64,000 bases of DNA from Neocallimastix sp. 'constans'. Its lineage: Eukaryota. The stretch's first letter is position 1, and each line of letters starts with the position of its first letter. The notes under the pieces are model-generated. The model worked only from the letters and a program-made list of their open reading frames with translations. It was not told the DNA's origin and searched no databases. Made by a program: the position numbers and the translations under genes. The DNA is taken from positions 310,001-374,000 of the forward strand of contig JBODTK010000105.1 of the NCBI GenBank assembly GCA_050613775.1. The letters run 5' to 3'. Below are positions 25,793 through 40,061 of this stretch, in pieces.

Positions 25793-26276
25793 ATGAAGTT
25801 TAAAGAATTAATTTTTATTATTCTAATTGTTCTCAGTTTTGTATTTAATGTTTATGCAGATAAATACGATAAATACTGCAAACAAAATGATTTTCCTCTT
25901 AATTCTCCAATATGTTCTAGATTAAAAGGAAATTTAAAAAAAGTATGAAATTTGCAAAGGTAAAAAACAAAAATGGACAAATATGCTTATTCACTACTTC
26001 TGCGATTCTGAGTATACACATACAGATAAAAATGAATACTACAGAAAATATTTTAAGGACGGTACCTTTGATAGCTATTATGAGAAAAATAAATGCCCAG
26101 AAACTACTACTGATGGAAAATGCGGTAAAAATAATGGAAAAAATTGTCATAGTAATTATTACTGCTCTAAACATGGCTATTTTGGTAAAACTGAAGACTG
26201 CTGTAGTAAAAATTGTAACATGGTATGTACTGGTAAAACTTTTAAAAAATTAAAAATATATCATATTTTTGTTTAA
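25793..26276 (+). CDS. Secreted Cys-rich protein with C-terminal CBM18 (hevein-like chitin-binding) domain; one frameshift in an A7 run
   Basis: Signal peptide MKFKELIFIILIVLSFVFNVYA. Removing one A at 25936-25942 joins it to ORF 25983-26276, giving about 160 aa. Domain DGKCGKNNGKNCHSNYYCSKHGYFGKTEDCCSKNC has two canonical Cys substituted. Confidence 0.75.
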
Positions 26277-26516
26277 AAAAAATATTACTGAAAAAAATTA
26301 ATATAAAATAAATAATAATAATAAAATTATGTATTAATCTATATAGATAAACATAAATTGAAATTTCTTTTATAAATAATTACTATTAAAAAATAATTAT
26401 GTTTTATTTTTTTATAAATGTTATAGAAAAAAAAAAAGAAATATATAATAAAATAATAAAAAAAAATTAAATAATTAAATAAAATTTCTAATAAAACCCG
26501 AACCCGAACCATAAAA

Positions 26517-26960
26517 AACACTAAAATTAATTATAATTATTTATTTCTATTACACTAGAATGCAGCACTTTATAACTCTATCTGTTATTAGTTACTGGGC
26601 TTACACAGGGTAACTATATTTATTTTAATAATTATATTTTTATTTTAATATTAATATTTATAATAACAATTTACGTTAATAATAACGCTAGCGCGTTACA
26701 GTTACAAGTTCAATTATTATTTATACATGTTAGTAATTTTATGATTGGTAGATAATTTAACTTAGTTTACTAATCACTAAATAAAAATATATTTAACTAA
26801 GTATTTAACTAAATAATTAACTATAAAATAATAAAATTTAATGTACGAAATTAATAAAAGATTTTATTTGATTAGCCGAAATTGCTAACTGTTTAGAGAT
26901 ACGTTACGTAACCAGAGGACTATCATTGGATAGGCTCGAAGTTACCATGTATCTGTTACA
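26517..26960 (-). mobile_element. Inverted, 3'-truncated copy of the 23942 LTR
   Basis: Near-identical reverse complement of 23942-24402. Ends GTTACCATGTATCTGTTACA. Confidence 0.93.
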
Positions 26961-27275
26961 TATCATTTATGATAAAGGATGAAATTTATAATTTAAAATT
27001 AATTAATAAACTAAAATTAACAATTCATAATAATAATTTACTAAATTATAAAATCATAAATACTTATTATAAAAAGTTAGTATTTTCAAATAAAATTTTA
27101 AGATTAATAAAAGAACAATGTAAATTTAAATAATTAATATAGAAATTAAATTTAAATAATTTTAATATGTAAAATATATTTTATTATATAAAAATTTGTT
27201 ATTATTTGATATAATTAGTTATTTTACTTTAAAGACTTAAAACTAATTCTTATTTTAAAAATAGAAAATAAGACT

Positions 27276-27830
27276 TTAAATAGAATTAAAATAATAATAC
27301 TTTTTATTTTTAATATTTTTAAAAGCATTAAAATTAGTTATTAAGCCTTCAATCTTGTTTTCTTCGGCCAGTTTTATACCAATAATTAAATTTTTATTTG
27401 TGTCTTTCGAAAAATATACCTTTTTAAGTTCTATAAAATTATTATTAATTAATCCTTTATATGTTCCATATCCTTCAAACTTACAAGTAGTTTTATTTGG
27501 GCACATCATAGTTATTAATTTTCTTAAAATTGTCTAAAATATTTTTATTATTTGTTATATATTCACTTGCACCTGTATCATAGGTCCAACAACTTTCGCT
27601 ATTTCTATAATTTTCAATATTATGTATAATTTTATTTATTTTACTACTATTTATTTCAACGTTAGTTTTAGGATTCGAACCAGTGACACTGTCTTCATAT
27701 TTCAATTAGATAATTGAATTTTGATTAATTATGTTTAAGTCAATAGTAGGGTTCAAAACAGTGACATCTTCTTCAGTTAAGTCGTCATTTTCCATTATAC
27801 CATACTAGTTTACTTCTTCATCATCTGTAA
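27276..27830 (-). pseudogene. Ty1/copia protease-region remnant
   Basis: WTYDTGASEYIT...EGYG...LKKVYF..KNLI motif pattern. Confidence 0.8.
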
Positions 27831-27984
27831 TAATTTAATGTAAAATATTTAATAATTTGAATACGTATTTCAATGTAATGTAATGTAAATTACTGTGGAT
27901 AAAAATGTGTACCATATTTTTAATATATATTTAGATGTATTCCAAATTATTTTTAATTAATTTTCTCAAAAATTAATGACATAA

Positions 27985-28698
27985 TGATAAAGTACACCTT
28001 TGGTTCAGTCTCTTACTAGGAGAAGTTATATAATTTATTTATGAAATTTATTAATATAATATAATTTTATTTACTTATTTATTAAATATTTATTTATTTA
28101 TTTTATAATTAAAATTTATTTAATTAACTAATAATTTTTATAACTTCATATTAAAAATTACTAAATTAATTTTACTAATAAAATATATTTATTTTGGCAA
28201 TTTATTATTATAATTTTAACTATTTGAATTGCATGAATGGCAATTTGCAAAACTGCAAAATTACAAAGAATAAATATAAAGAAAAAGTATTCTTTATATA
28301 ATACTCTTTAATTATAAACTATTTTAAAATAATAAGAATTAAATATTTAGTTGAATATTATAAAAAGTATAATATAAATAATAAAATAATTAAAAAATAT
28401 AAAAATATAATAAAAATATAAAAAAAATAATTAAAATGAAATAAAATAAAACTTAATTTATAAATTATTTACATATTTACATAACATAAAATTTATGTTA
28501 TAAATTTTATGTTTACATTAATTTTATGAATTTTTAGAGAATTTATGATATTACATAAATTTATCTTATATCACGTTATTTCTGGATCATTTTATAAATC
28601 ATATGATAATTAATCAAGTGATTAATTGATTTATTTTTATGTAATTATTAATAAAATAATTTATTAATAATTAAGGTTTTTATTTTCATTTCATATCA
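27985..28698 (-). mobile_element. Solo LTR (TGATATAAAAC family)
   Basis: Reverse complement is similar to 48763-49471 at both ends. TGATA...TATCA termini, 4-bp TSD ATAA. Confidence 0.85.
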
Positions 28699-31600
28699 AT
28701 AATTATTTGGAGAATTTACGTAACAATTACTCAGTTTGAATCATGAAACTTCGTAAATTAAAAAAAATAATTAGTCATTAATTAGTTAAATTAAAATAAT
28801 TAAAGAAATATTGCCTTTTCCGTTTGTTTACAAAAACTTGCCGTTTTGTTTACTTGTCTTTTAAATTATAGAAATTCTAAAAATAAAAATAGCAAGTTGT
28901 GGTTTAGTAAATTGGTTTTCACAACTTGGCAAAATTTAAATTAAATATATGGATAGAATATATTTAATCATATAATTAATTAATTAAACTCTAAATTTTC
29001 TTCATAGAAAATTTTAGAAAAAATTAGTTTTAAATAGGATTTATATTAAAATAATTCATAACATTTCATATAATTTATTATATAATGTAATTGATAATAT
29101 AAAATAATATTTTTATGTAATTTATTAAAATTTATTTTGATTTAAAACTTTATTTTGAAAAAGTATAAAATGAGTTAATTTTTCAACTATTGAACGATAG
29201 TTGGAAAATCGTATAGTAATAGGTAAATTTAAATTTTATTATTAGTTCCGTAACTATTATTAGAATAGTTATTTTCTTATAAAACAATTTTATTTTAGTT
29301 TGTAAAATCTTAACTGCTAGTGGGAACTTCGGAAAGGACCCTGCGTTACCCAGTTAAGTGGTTGTTGAAAATTAATTAATAAATATAGTAAATAAATAAA
29401 AGAAATTAAAAAAATAATTAATTAATTAATAGAGGTATAGAATATAGTGTTATTTGTGTAGTAAAGTTAGTGTATAGAATAGTCACAAACCTAAACTAAA
29501 TAAGTATTTTATTTTACATTTAATTAAAAAATTATAATTAAATTATTAATCATTAATATTAGCTCTAACTGCTAATATTAAAGGTTTAGAAAAGAATCAT
29601 ACTTACCTATGGTTCTTTCTAATTATCGAGTTTATTATAACGAATTATAATAGACGAAACACTAAAATTGATAAAGAAAAGTTTTAATTATAAAATTTGG
29701 TTTATTAATTATTAGAAACTTTAAATGTTAAAACTATTATTATTATTATTATTATATTATAATTGTTATAATAATAACTCTTGATTTCTCAAAGAGAACT
29801 CAAGAGCCTTATTTATACTTTTTTGTCAAAATAAGGTTAAAATCAAAAGGGGTTCTAATCTTAACAAATCTCTTATCTAGGAAAAGACTAGAAGAAAAAC
29901 CTAGCTAAGTTTTTGATCGATATTCTATCCATATCGATCATCGCGTTAATTAAGTAAAACCGATTACTTTTAAAAAATAATTGGAAAAACCTTAATTAAC
30001 CGATTACTTAATCTAATATAATGATCGAAAATAAAAGATTAAAATAATGAAATTTATTTCGATCATAAAATTTAAAATTTAATCTATTTAGTTCTATTTT
30101 ATAGAACTTTACATAAAAATATAAAATAATACATTAATAATAAAAATACATGATTAATAAAATACAGAATACATGATAGAATACAGAATACATGATATAA
30201 TACAGAATAGTGTTTTAGTTTATGATTTAATAAGTAAGAGAAAACTAAAACTAATAAATTTAATAATTAAGTGAATAATTAAATAAGTTTAATATTATTT
30301 TAAATGTATAAAATTTATTTAATTAAATAAAATTTTAATATTAAACTAAATAAATTTTTAATATGTAATTAAATAAATTATTAATTATAATTTAATGTAC
30401 AAATGAAATGAGTTAAATAAAAGTTATATTAATTATAACTTAACTAAGAAAATATAATTATTTTGTTAAAAATAATTATATTTTCTTACATCATCTTTTT
30501 CAATCCATTCTAAATTACTTATATTTCTTTCAGTAAATGGTTGAATGTCACGAATATTAGTGGATTTGAAGTTAAAATTCATTATTAGATCAATTGAAAT
30601 TTAATTTCGTTATTGACAAAAATTATTTTAATTCGATTTTAATTATAAAAATAAATATTAGAAACATTAAATAATTAGAAACCAAAGGGTTTGGACTTAT
30701 TTATTAAAGATAATTTAATTTATTTTAACCCTTAAGAATTTGATAAAAATAACTTGAAGAAAAACGACAACTCAACAAATAATGGAAATAATATATTGAT
30801 ATTCCTGCTAAAATTATATTCATTGGAAAGCTACGGAACGAGATCTACAACATATGTTAAAATCAACCTTATTGGACAACTAGATAACGAGATATTGAAC
30901 TTTAAAGATATTCTAAATATAAAAAATAATTTAATTATTTAAGACTCTAAATTATTAATTAGAAATCTATATTAGATAAAATCTCTTAACTTGGAAATTA
31001 TATTATTAATTTTTATTATTAATTAAAAATACAGAATTAGTTATTAGTAATAGTTTTATAATATTTTAAATAAGTTTATAAGTTTTATATATTTTATTAT
31101 TTTATATTTTTATTCAATTATTTTCTAAAAGATTCTAAGAAATCTTTATCATTCTAAAGATTTCCGAAAGAGAATTTTTAATTGGTTTTAATATATTATT
31201 TTATTTTATTTTATATTTTATTATTAAATTAGTTTTATTATTAAATTGTTTTATGAATAATTATATAGTTATTTTATTAAAAGATTCTTATCAATATTAT
31301 TTTATTATTATATTTTATATAGTTTATATACATGTATGAATATATTAAGATTAGAATGTATTAATTATTTATATTGTTAATTATTATTTTAGTTTAGTAT
31401 AAAAAGGATTTGAAATTTCATATTTTGAATTCTTTGTAAGATTATTAATCTAAACTATTAACATAAAGTTAATAAATTAATTATAACAATAAATAATTCT
31501 TTATATTAATCTTAGTTAATTTTATTATTAAAAATATATTAAATAAAGTTCTAATAAAACATAAATCTTAAATATTGAAATCTTAATTATAAAACTCTGT

Positions 31601-31699
31601 GTGTTATTTATTATTTAAATTTAATTAATTGTTATAATTAATAAAAACATCTTGACCTGACCAATTTAACCCAAACTAGGAAAGATATAGCAAGAATCT

Positions 31700-33472
31700 T
31701 ACCTAATCAATCAATATAATTTAACATTGAATATCTTCATAATTAATATCTTCTTCGAATTCCATGTTTTCGATATATCTATTGTGGCGATATTTTCTAT
31801 TTAATTTTCTATCTTCTTCATCCAAAAATTTATAATATTTACTCTTTTTATTAAAAATATTATATTTACAGTCCTTTTTAAGATGCTTAGTTGAATTGCA
31901 TATAAAACATCTTGTTAGAAAATGTTTTATATGTTCTTCTTTATTACAAGGGTGTTTTCCTTTGTAATCAACTCTTTACTTTTGATTGTTGATTCCTTTA
32001 TACATGCGGTTAATTGAATCAGTATCCATTGGATTATTGGTCTTGTATCCTATTTTGATTCTATTCTTCTAATATTAGAGGTATCTTCCATATATATTTC
32101 ATATTTTGTAAATTCTCTAATTTTTTTGATAAGAGAATCTACATTCGTATCGTTATCGATTACAATCTTCATTTGTGTACAACTTGGCATGGCATTATAT
32201 ACAAATTTCATCTTTTCTTCTTTACTCAGTTTCAGATTATTTTCTTCCATGTTTGAGTAAATTTCTTCAATTTCATTCAAAATTGTAACGAAATTCATAA
32301 CTAGCAAATTAGTAACCATGGTTCAATGATAAGTTACCATGACCATCGGGCTGAACCTTTAGGGTTTGATTCCCACTCTTTCCAAATTTTAATAACTTTT
32401 TATTTATTATAACTAGAATATTAAAGAAATTACTAGTGTTTATCGGTTAAATAATTGAACCGATAAAACTAGAAAAATCTATTTTATTAATAATTTTAAT
32501 CATTTTTTATCGATTCATTTTCTAGAAAGAAAACTTGTTTTCTTTAATTTTCTTTAATTTTCTTTTTTTTTTCTTTTATTTCTAATAATTACTAATAATT
32601 ACTAATAACAACTGATAATTTAAAATAATTAATTTTCCTAAAAAACTATAAATAGGTGTAAAATTTCATTATAAAATGTTTTTACTTGAGCTTTTATTAA
32701 TTAATTTTAAAGTAAATTAAAATATTACAATAATTAATTAATAAAATAATAATTTATATTTTTATTAAAAAAACTCATTTTAATAAAACATATTTTGAAT
32801 TACTTTAGTGTCAAGAACCTTTTGTGTATAAACCTTAAAATAATCCATTTTTCCATGGATTCATTCAAATCTTCTTTATATTTTTCTTTCAATTTCCTTA
32901 AAATGTCGTAGGTAGTCTTTAAATTTCTAATACTATTGTGTGTTTCAATGTTTATAGTATTAAAAATGACCATTTGGACTTTTGAATCTTTCATCATTGT
33001 TTTTTTGATTCTTGCTTTATCATTTGGGTTTTTCTTTTTCAATTGTTCAATTACATCATTGTCGATGAATTCCTTGAGGTTCATGCTGGTTAATGATACT
33101 TTTAATCTTGATAATCTGTCATTGTAATTCTTCTTGTTAAGAATTACATTGTAGTTCATAACTTCGTTTTGGTTGTTTGCAAACATTTTTATTAAGCTAA
33201 ATGAGCTCTTAATCTAATAAAATTTGATTTTATTTAAAAGTTTATTTATTAATTAAATTTAATTAAAAAGATAATTACAATGTTTTAACATAAAATAAAG
33301 TCACGCTTTCTATATACATTTGAAATGTGGCGTAATTAAATAAAACATTTTTCTATTACTAATGTATTACTAATATTTTGATCATGTGAGTAATAATGAA
33401 TTATTCTAATATTCTATGATTATTAATAATAAAAACTAATATTACTAATTAAATTATTTTCATATTTTAACA
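31700..33472 (-). mobile_element. Ty1/copia 5' fragment: probable LTR (about 33215-33472), PBS, and gag with CCHC knuckle, interrupted by an insertion of about 0.5 kb
   Basis: gag ORFs 32800-33186 and 32050-32319. CFICNSTKHLKKDC at about 31868-31909. PBS-like GATTAAGAGCTCA at 33214-33202. Confidence 0.7.
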
Positions 33473-34395
33473 CTAATAATGAAAAGATAAAAGAAAACAT
33501 ACAGTATTAGTTAATAAAAATTCCATTGAACCTTATAATTTGTCTAAAGATTTAACAAGTGCTAAATGTAATATTTCATATGTTCAACTTTTAGATATTT
33601 GTCTCAAATTACGGTCTGAATTAAGTAAAATTTTAAAAATAGAAAAATTAAAAATTTCTAGTACTATGAATATAGATGAAAAGATTTAATAAATCTTTAA
33701 TACATTAAATAGTTTAATTTTTCGTAATTTTAATTTATTTAATGTATATGAAATTTTAATTTAATGTATATGAAATTTTAATTTAATGTATATGAATTTT
33801 TTTTTAAATATAAAATTTGAAATAAAATTTAATTTTTTTTTTAAATTGTAAATACTTTTTTAATTTAATTGTTTAGTTTAGTTAGCCTAGTTTAATTTTA
33901 AATAGGTAAATATTAATTTAGGAATAATCTTAAATAGTTAATATTAATAAAAATAGTTTTTCAATATTAAATATATATAATTAAACTTATTATAAGTATT
34001 AAAATAATAAATAAAATAAATAGTTTAATAATTAGTTTTAGTATATTAATAAATAATAAAATTATTAATTAAAAATCTTTTGTTTATAAATAAATAGCTT
34101 TATATATATTTTTAAATAACATCATATATTAATAATGCAATAAGAAAAAAATATAAATACATGTAATTTTTCTCAATTAAATCGATGTATTAGTTATTAA
34201 CTATTTTACAGTTAATAACATAAAAGAAATTTATAATTAATACAAGAATTTACTAATAAAACAATTTACTTATTTTTATTTGTGTAAATCGTGTAGTGTT
34301 TTTTATTGTTATAATCTATTTTAATTGACAGATTGATTACATTAACTAATACCCAGTAAGATTTAAACAAAACACGTTATAACAAGTAAAAAACT

Positions 34396-34685
34396 ACTAT
34401 TGTATTTGATTTCTACTATTGTGTTTTGTTTCTACTATTGTGTTTGGTTTCTACTATAGTGTTTGGTTTCTACTATTGTGTTTGGTTTCTACTATTGTGT
34501 TTGGTTTCTACTATTGTGTTTTGTTTCTACTATTGTGTTTGGTTTCTACTATAGTGTTTGGTTTCTACTATTGTGTTTGGTTTCTACTATTGTGTTTGGT
34601 TTCTACTATTGTGTTTTGTTTCTACTATTGTGTTTGGTTTCTACTATTGTGTTTGGTTTCTACTGTGTTTAGTTTCTACTGTGTT
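34396..34685 (+). repeat. 19-bp minisatellite (CTACTATTGTGTTTGGTTT), about 15 copies, in the element leader
   Basis: Head-to-tail repeats without spacers. Confidence 0.95.
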
Positions 34686-37600
34686 GTCTTATTGCGCTTT
34701 ATTTTCACGGTGTCATATTTCTATTGTAGCTCTTCTATATCATATTAGTTAATATTATTATATTATATTTTATTTGTTTTATTTACTCGTCGCACACCTT
34801 TATAATTAGATATTGTGCTGACGACTTTATGAATAATAATATAATATTAAAATAATAATAATTAATTATTAGAAAACGAAAATAATTAAGAATAAATAAA
34901 ATAAATTATATAAGTGAATACCCCAATAAATAAGCAGGTCAGAAAACCAATAAAATATTAGTTGAAACTTAAGTAGACAAATAAATTAATCAGGTTAGAA
35001 GAATTAGATTTCATATTTCAAAATTTAAATCTTGAGGATCAAATGAAACAACAACCTAATCCAGCTCCTCAACTGAAGATTATCAACGACCCTCCCTTAT
35101 TCTCGGGAACTACGAAAAACCTCGATGGATTTTTGACAAGGATAGAATTAGCTATCGAGGCAAATCCACAAAGGTTTCCCAATGATAGAAGGAAAGTCAT
35201 TTTTGTTATTTCATATTGTACTGGAAGAGCACTTTACTGGGCATCTTGCTTGCAGAGGGATAATAACGAAGTTCTTAGAAACTATGAAAACTTCATTAAT
35301 GAACTAAGAAGAAACTTTAGCGACCCTGACGTTGATGCTGCTGTCGCTAATGGGAAACTTGACAATATTCGTTAGTTCAAATATGGCCACGTTATGGAAT
35401 ACATCACTGTATTCCAGAAGATAAGCCAATACTCGAACTTTAATAAGTCCGCAAAAATCTTTATGTATATTAAAGGACTCCATCTCAAGATGAGAGAACG
35501 CTTAGCTCAGGTAAATCCAAATACCAACAACTTAGAGCAGCTGTTTAAGGAATCTGTGAATATAGAAAGTCTTACCAAGAGAAGTGACATCCAAGAATAT
35601 TACTTAACTCATCAAGACCGTAGAAATTATAATCAAGATGATCCAATGGATGTGGATCTTTATTGCATTAAAAAAGGTCAAAAAGTCACAAGATATTTTC
35701 CATCATACAACAAGAACTATATTGAAAAAAAATCATATATTGAAGAAAGAAGAAAGAAGAGACTATGTTTTAAATGTGGACACATGCAATTTAATTGCCC
35801 AAATAAAATAAAACCAAAAAACTTCAAAATGATCAATAAAGTTCCAAATGAAGATCCTTCTTCTTATGCCACTTCCATATCTACCTCTTCTTCTGTTAGG
35901 AGAATTAAGAAAGTAGAAAAGTATGATAATATCTATAAAATCTTGGATATTGTTGAAAATGAGAATATAAATTTTAAAGGAAAAACTAACATACTTGATT
36001 TTTATATTAAAAAAAATGAATCCGATGAGGTCAAAGCAAAGGCTCTCATTGATTCCGGCTCTGATATTAACTATATACATCCAGAATTTGCTAGAGTGAA
36101 TAACATTAAACTTATGAATATTGATAACTCCTTTAAAGTTGCTGGTTTGGGTTATGGTTCTGTGAAGAAAATCACCGAGAAATGTATTCTTCGTTTTAAG
36201 AATCATTATGAAATAATTCAATTGCATTCTCTTCGTATCCCTTATGTAGATATCATTTTAGGACTGCCTTGGATTGAAAAACATTGCCGTATTAATTACC
36301 ATGATTCAAAGAAAATCTCTTTCCGTTCAGGATACTGTGATCGACACTGTAATGTAGGAAAAAGAAATTGAAAAAATAAGAATAAAAAGAAGTTAAACAA
36401 AATTTCTACTAAAGGAAAAGAACCATATGAAGAACTTTCCTTAACAAAGGAAGAAATTAATCCTAAGCGTAAGTATTCCTTTGAATTTGATTCCGATATG
36501 GATTCTGATGAAGAACTTACGATTAGAGGTCATAGTGTTAAAACTTTTAGTGAAATAGAAGAACTTAATGATTTAAAAAATTTTTGCGTAATTAATTATG
36601 ATAGTGATGTAAATGATAGTTTTATGTTTGATAATAATGATGAAATTTATGAATTTAGTGATAGTAATAATATTAAATTAGACGAATTAAATAAAATTTG
36701 TAAAATTGATGTTTTATGTAATAATGTAACAAAAAATTGTAATCATAATGGTAATTTAAATAGAGATGAAAATAAAAAGTATATTTCTAAAAAGCGTCCT
36801 TTAAAAAATTTGAGTAGTATCTGTAATTGTTTAAAAATTAGTAATTTTGAAAATAAATTAAATCAAAAAATTATAGGAATACCTCCTATTTATAAAAATT
36901 ATAGAGAAGTATTCAACGAAAAAAATTGCGACGTACTCCCTCCACATCGTAAGTATGATTGTGAAATAAGATTAAAGGATAATTCAAATTTATTTTATGG
37001 TCTATTTATCCTTTAACAGAAGTAGAAAGAGACGAATTGAAGAAGTATATCAAAGAAAATTTAGAAAAAGGTTTCATTAGGAAATCGACATCTCCTGCTG
37101 GAGAACCTATATTTTTGTTAAAAAGAAGGATGGTTCATTGAGATTATGTGTTGACTATAGAAAATTAAATGAGATGACCATCCGTAATTCCTGTCCTCTT
37201 CCTTTAATTAGTGAATTGCTAGATAGAGTTAAAGGTGCAAAATTCTTCACTAAGTAGGATTTAAAATATGCTTATAACTTATTTAGAATAAAAAAAGGTG
37301 ACGAGTGTAAGATAGCATTTCGTACTCGCTATGGACATTTTGAATATTTGGTTATGCCTTTTGGGTTAAAGAATACCTCTGCAACCTTCCAACACTTTAT
37401 TAATGATGTTCTTAGTGATAACTTAGATGATTTTGTTATTTCGTATATTGACGATATTTTAATTTATTCAAAAAGTTTGGAAAAACATCATATTCATGTT
37501 AAGAAACTTTTGAAGAAATTATTAGAAAATAATTTATATGTCAAACTCGAAAAATGGAAAAATGTGAGTTTGAGTCTCTGAAACTGCTTTTCTTGGTTAT

Positions 37601-40061
37601 ATCTTATCGAAAGATGGTTTAAAGGTTGATCCTAATAAAATTTAAGCCATTCTTGATTGGCCTGTTCCAACCACAGTTAAGGAAGTTCAATTTTTTATTG
37701 GTTTATGCAATTATTATAGGATTTTTATTAAAGCTTCTGCTAAAATCGCCCGACCTTTACATAAACTAACAAGAAAAAATGTAATTTTTAACTGGGGTAC
37801 TGATCAACATAAGGCATTTGATAAATTGAAAGAGTTGTTCACCACTGCTCCTATTTTGAGAAACCCTGATTGTAATAAGCCTTTGGTTGTTGAAACTGAT
37901 GCTTCTAATTTTGCTGTTGGTGTGATTCTTTCTCAAGAATTCGATGGTCAATTACATCCCATAGCTTATATCTCGTCTAGCTTAACCAAATCAGAAAAGA
38001 ATTATCCAATTTACGATAAAGAACTTCTAATAATTAAAGTTGCTCTTGAGGAATGGCGTCACTATTTAGAAGGTGCTCTTTATCCTTTTACAATTTATAC
38101 CGATCATAAAAATTAGACTTTTCCTAGAAAACCTGAAATGCTCTCGCAACGTCAAATCCACTGGTATGAATTTCTCTCTAATTTCGATTTTAATTTAGTT
38201 TATCGTGTTGGTAAGAAGTCCAGAAAACCTGATATCTTATCTAGAAGAAGTGATCATCTATTTAATTACTCTCAGACTGTTTCTTGTCGTGTTATTAACT
38301 GTAATGCTTCTGATGATTGTTTATGTAATTCAATTTTAAATTCACTTAAAGATGATGAAATGTAACAAAATTTAAACTTTTCTTTTTAATGATAATAAAG
38401 ATACTGCTCCTATTAGAAATATTGATAAATGTGTAATTGATGATGAAGGATTTCTTCTCTATGATGATTTAATCTATGTTCCGGAAAATACTTGTACAAG
38501 AATTCTAGAAATGCACCATGATTCGGTAACAGCTGGTCACTTTGTAAATAAAACTTCAGATTTAATTTACAGAAACTTTTGGTGGCCAAAGTTACGACAT
38601 GATGTTAAGAAATTTATTAAGTCTTGTGAAACTTGTAGTCGTGCTAAAGTTCCAAAGCATAAGCCGTATGGTTTGTTGTCCCCATTATCCACACCAAATA
38701 GAGCATGGGCTGATATTTCAATGGATTTCATTGTTGAATTGCCAAAATCCGAAGATATGACTACTATTATGGTGGTTGTTGATTGTTTAACAAAGATGGC
38801 TCATTTTATTTCTCTTCGTTATCTTCCTACTACTTCTATTGCCGTTGATATTTTTATTAATTCTATTTTCAAATTTCATGGTTTCCCTGATTCCGTTATT
38901 TCTGATAGAGGTACCCAATTCACTTCTGAATTTTGGAACAGATTATGTGACTTACTTTGTATCAAGCATTAGTTTTCAACTTCAAATCATCCTCAGACTG
39001 ATAGTCAAACAGATGGGGTGAATGCGATATTGGAACAATATCTTCGTTGTTATATAAATGAACGACAAAGCAATTGGGTTGATTTATTACCTTTCGCTGA
39101 ATTCGCTTATAACAATACCCTACGACAATCTATCAACCAATCCCCATTCTTTGCTAACTATGGATTCAATCCTAGATTTAGCCTAGAAATTCCATCTAAT
39201 GAAAGACCTCACAGAGCTGATCAAAGAGTTAAAGATATTAATGAAAATATTAAATTTCTGAAAGAAAACTTAGATAAAGCTAAGGAAACTTACAAAAATA
39301 TGCGGAAAAAAGAAGATTACCCTCACCTGATTTCCAGGTTGGTAACAAAGTTTGGTTACTTAAAGGAAGTGCTACTAAGAATGTTAAAAAGAAACTTGAT
39401 GATCAAATTCTTGGTCCTTCTGAAAGTGTTGAGAAAATTAGTTCACTTGCTTATAAACTTAAACTCACAATTAATATGCGTTGCCATCCTATTTTTCATA
39501 TATCATTACTTGAACCTTATCATGAAAATGAATTTGAGAACAGAAATAAAAGAAAAAGGAAGAATATTAATTTGACCACTGATATTTTTGATAAATTTCC
39601 AGAAAAGATTGTAAATGAGAAAATATAGAGGAAAGAATCGTTTTCTTGTATCTTGGAAAGGACTTGATTCTGATGAGGATACTTGAATTGATGAAGATCA
39701 AATTCATGATAAACAATTGATTTAGGAATATTATCGTCGAACCAGAAAGAATGGGTCAAACGTAGAAGAAGATTCTTTGAGTGATAATAAAATCTATGTT
39801 AGACATAGATATCAACCATTTGTAATTGACCTACCAGCAAATGGACTAAATCGTATGTTTCGCAGGAGCTCGACTTAAAGGGCGAGATTGTAAAGATTTA
39901 ATAAATCTTTAATACATTAAATAGTTCATTTTTTTGTACAATTAATTTATTTAATGTATATGAAATTTTTTTTAAATATAAAATTTATTGAAATAAAATT
40001 GAATTTTTTATTTAAATTTAAAATATTTTTTTAATTTAATTAATTAGTTTAGTTAGCCTAG

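Larger units (their letters stand above)
25214..26516 (+). mobile_element. Putative TRIM-like non-autonomous mini-element with short direct terminal repeats (25214-25281, 26419-26516) and tRNA-Ala-type PBS (25289-25305)
   Basis: Shared core AAAAAAATTAAATAATTAA.TAAAATTTCTAATAAAACCCGAACC in both repeats. Repeat 1 ends ATAACA and repeat 2 starts TGTTAT. TGGTGGAGATATCGGGG lies 7 nt after repeat 1. No clear PPT or TSD. Confidence 0.55.

Noticed and set aside
26495..26510. Telomeric repeat (CCCGAA)n
   Set aside because: Only about two copies, embedded in a terminal repeat.
34396..34685. Possible CRISPR array; ORFs 34419-34752
   Set aside because: Head-to-tail 19-bp repeats with no spacers inside a retrotransposon leader. 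The ORFs are repeat artefacts.
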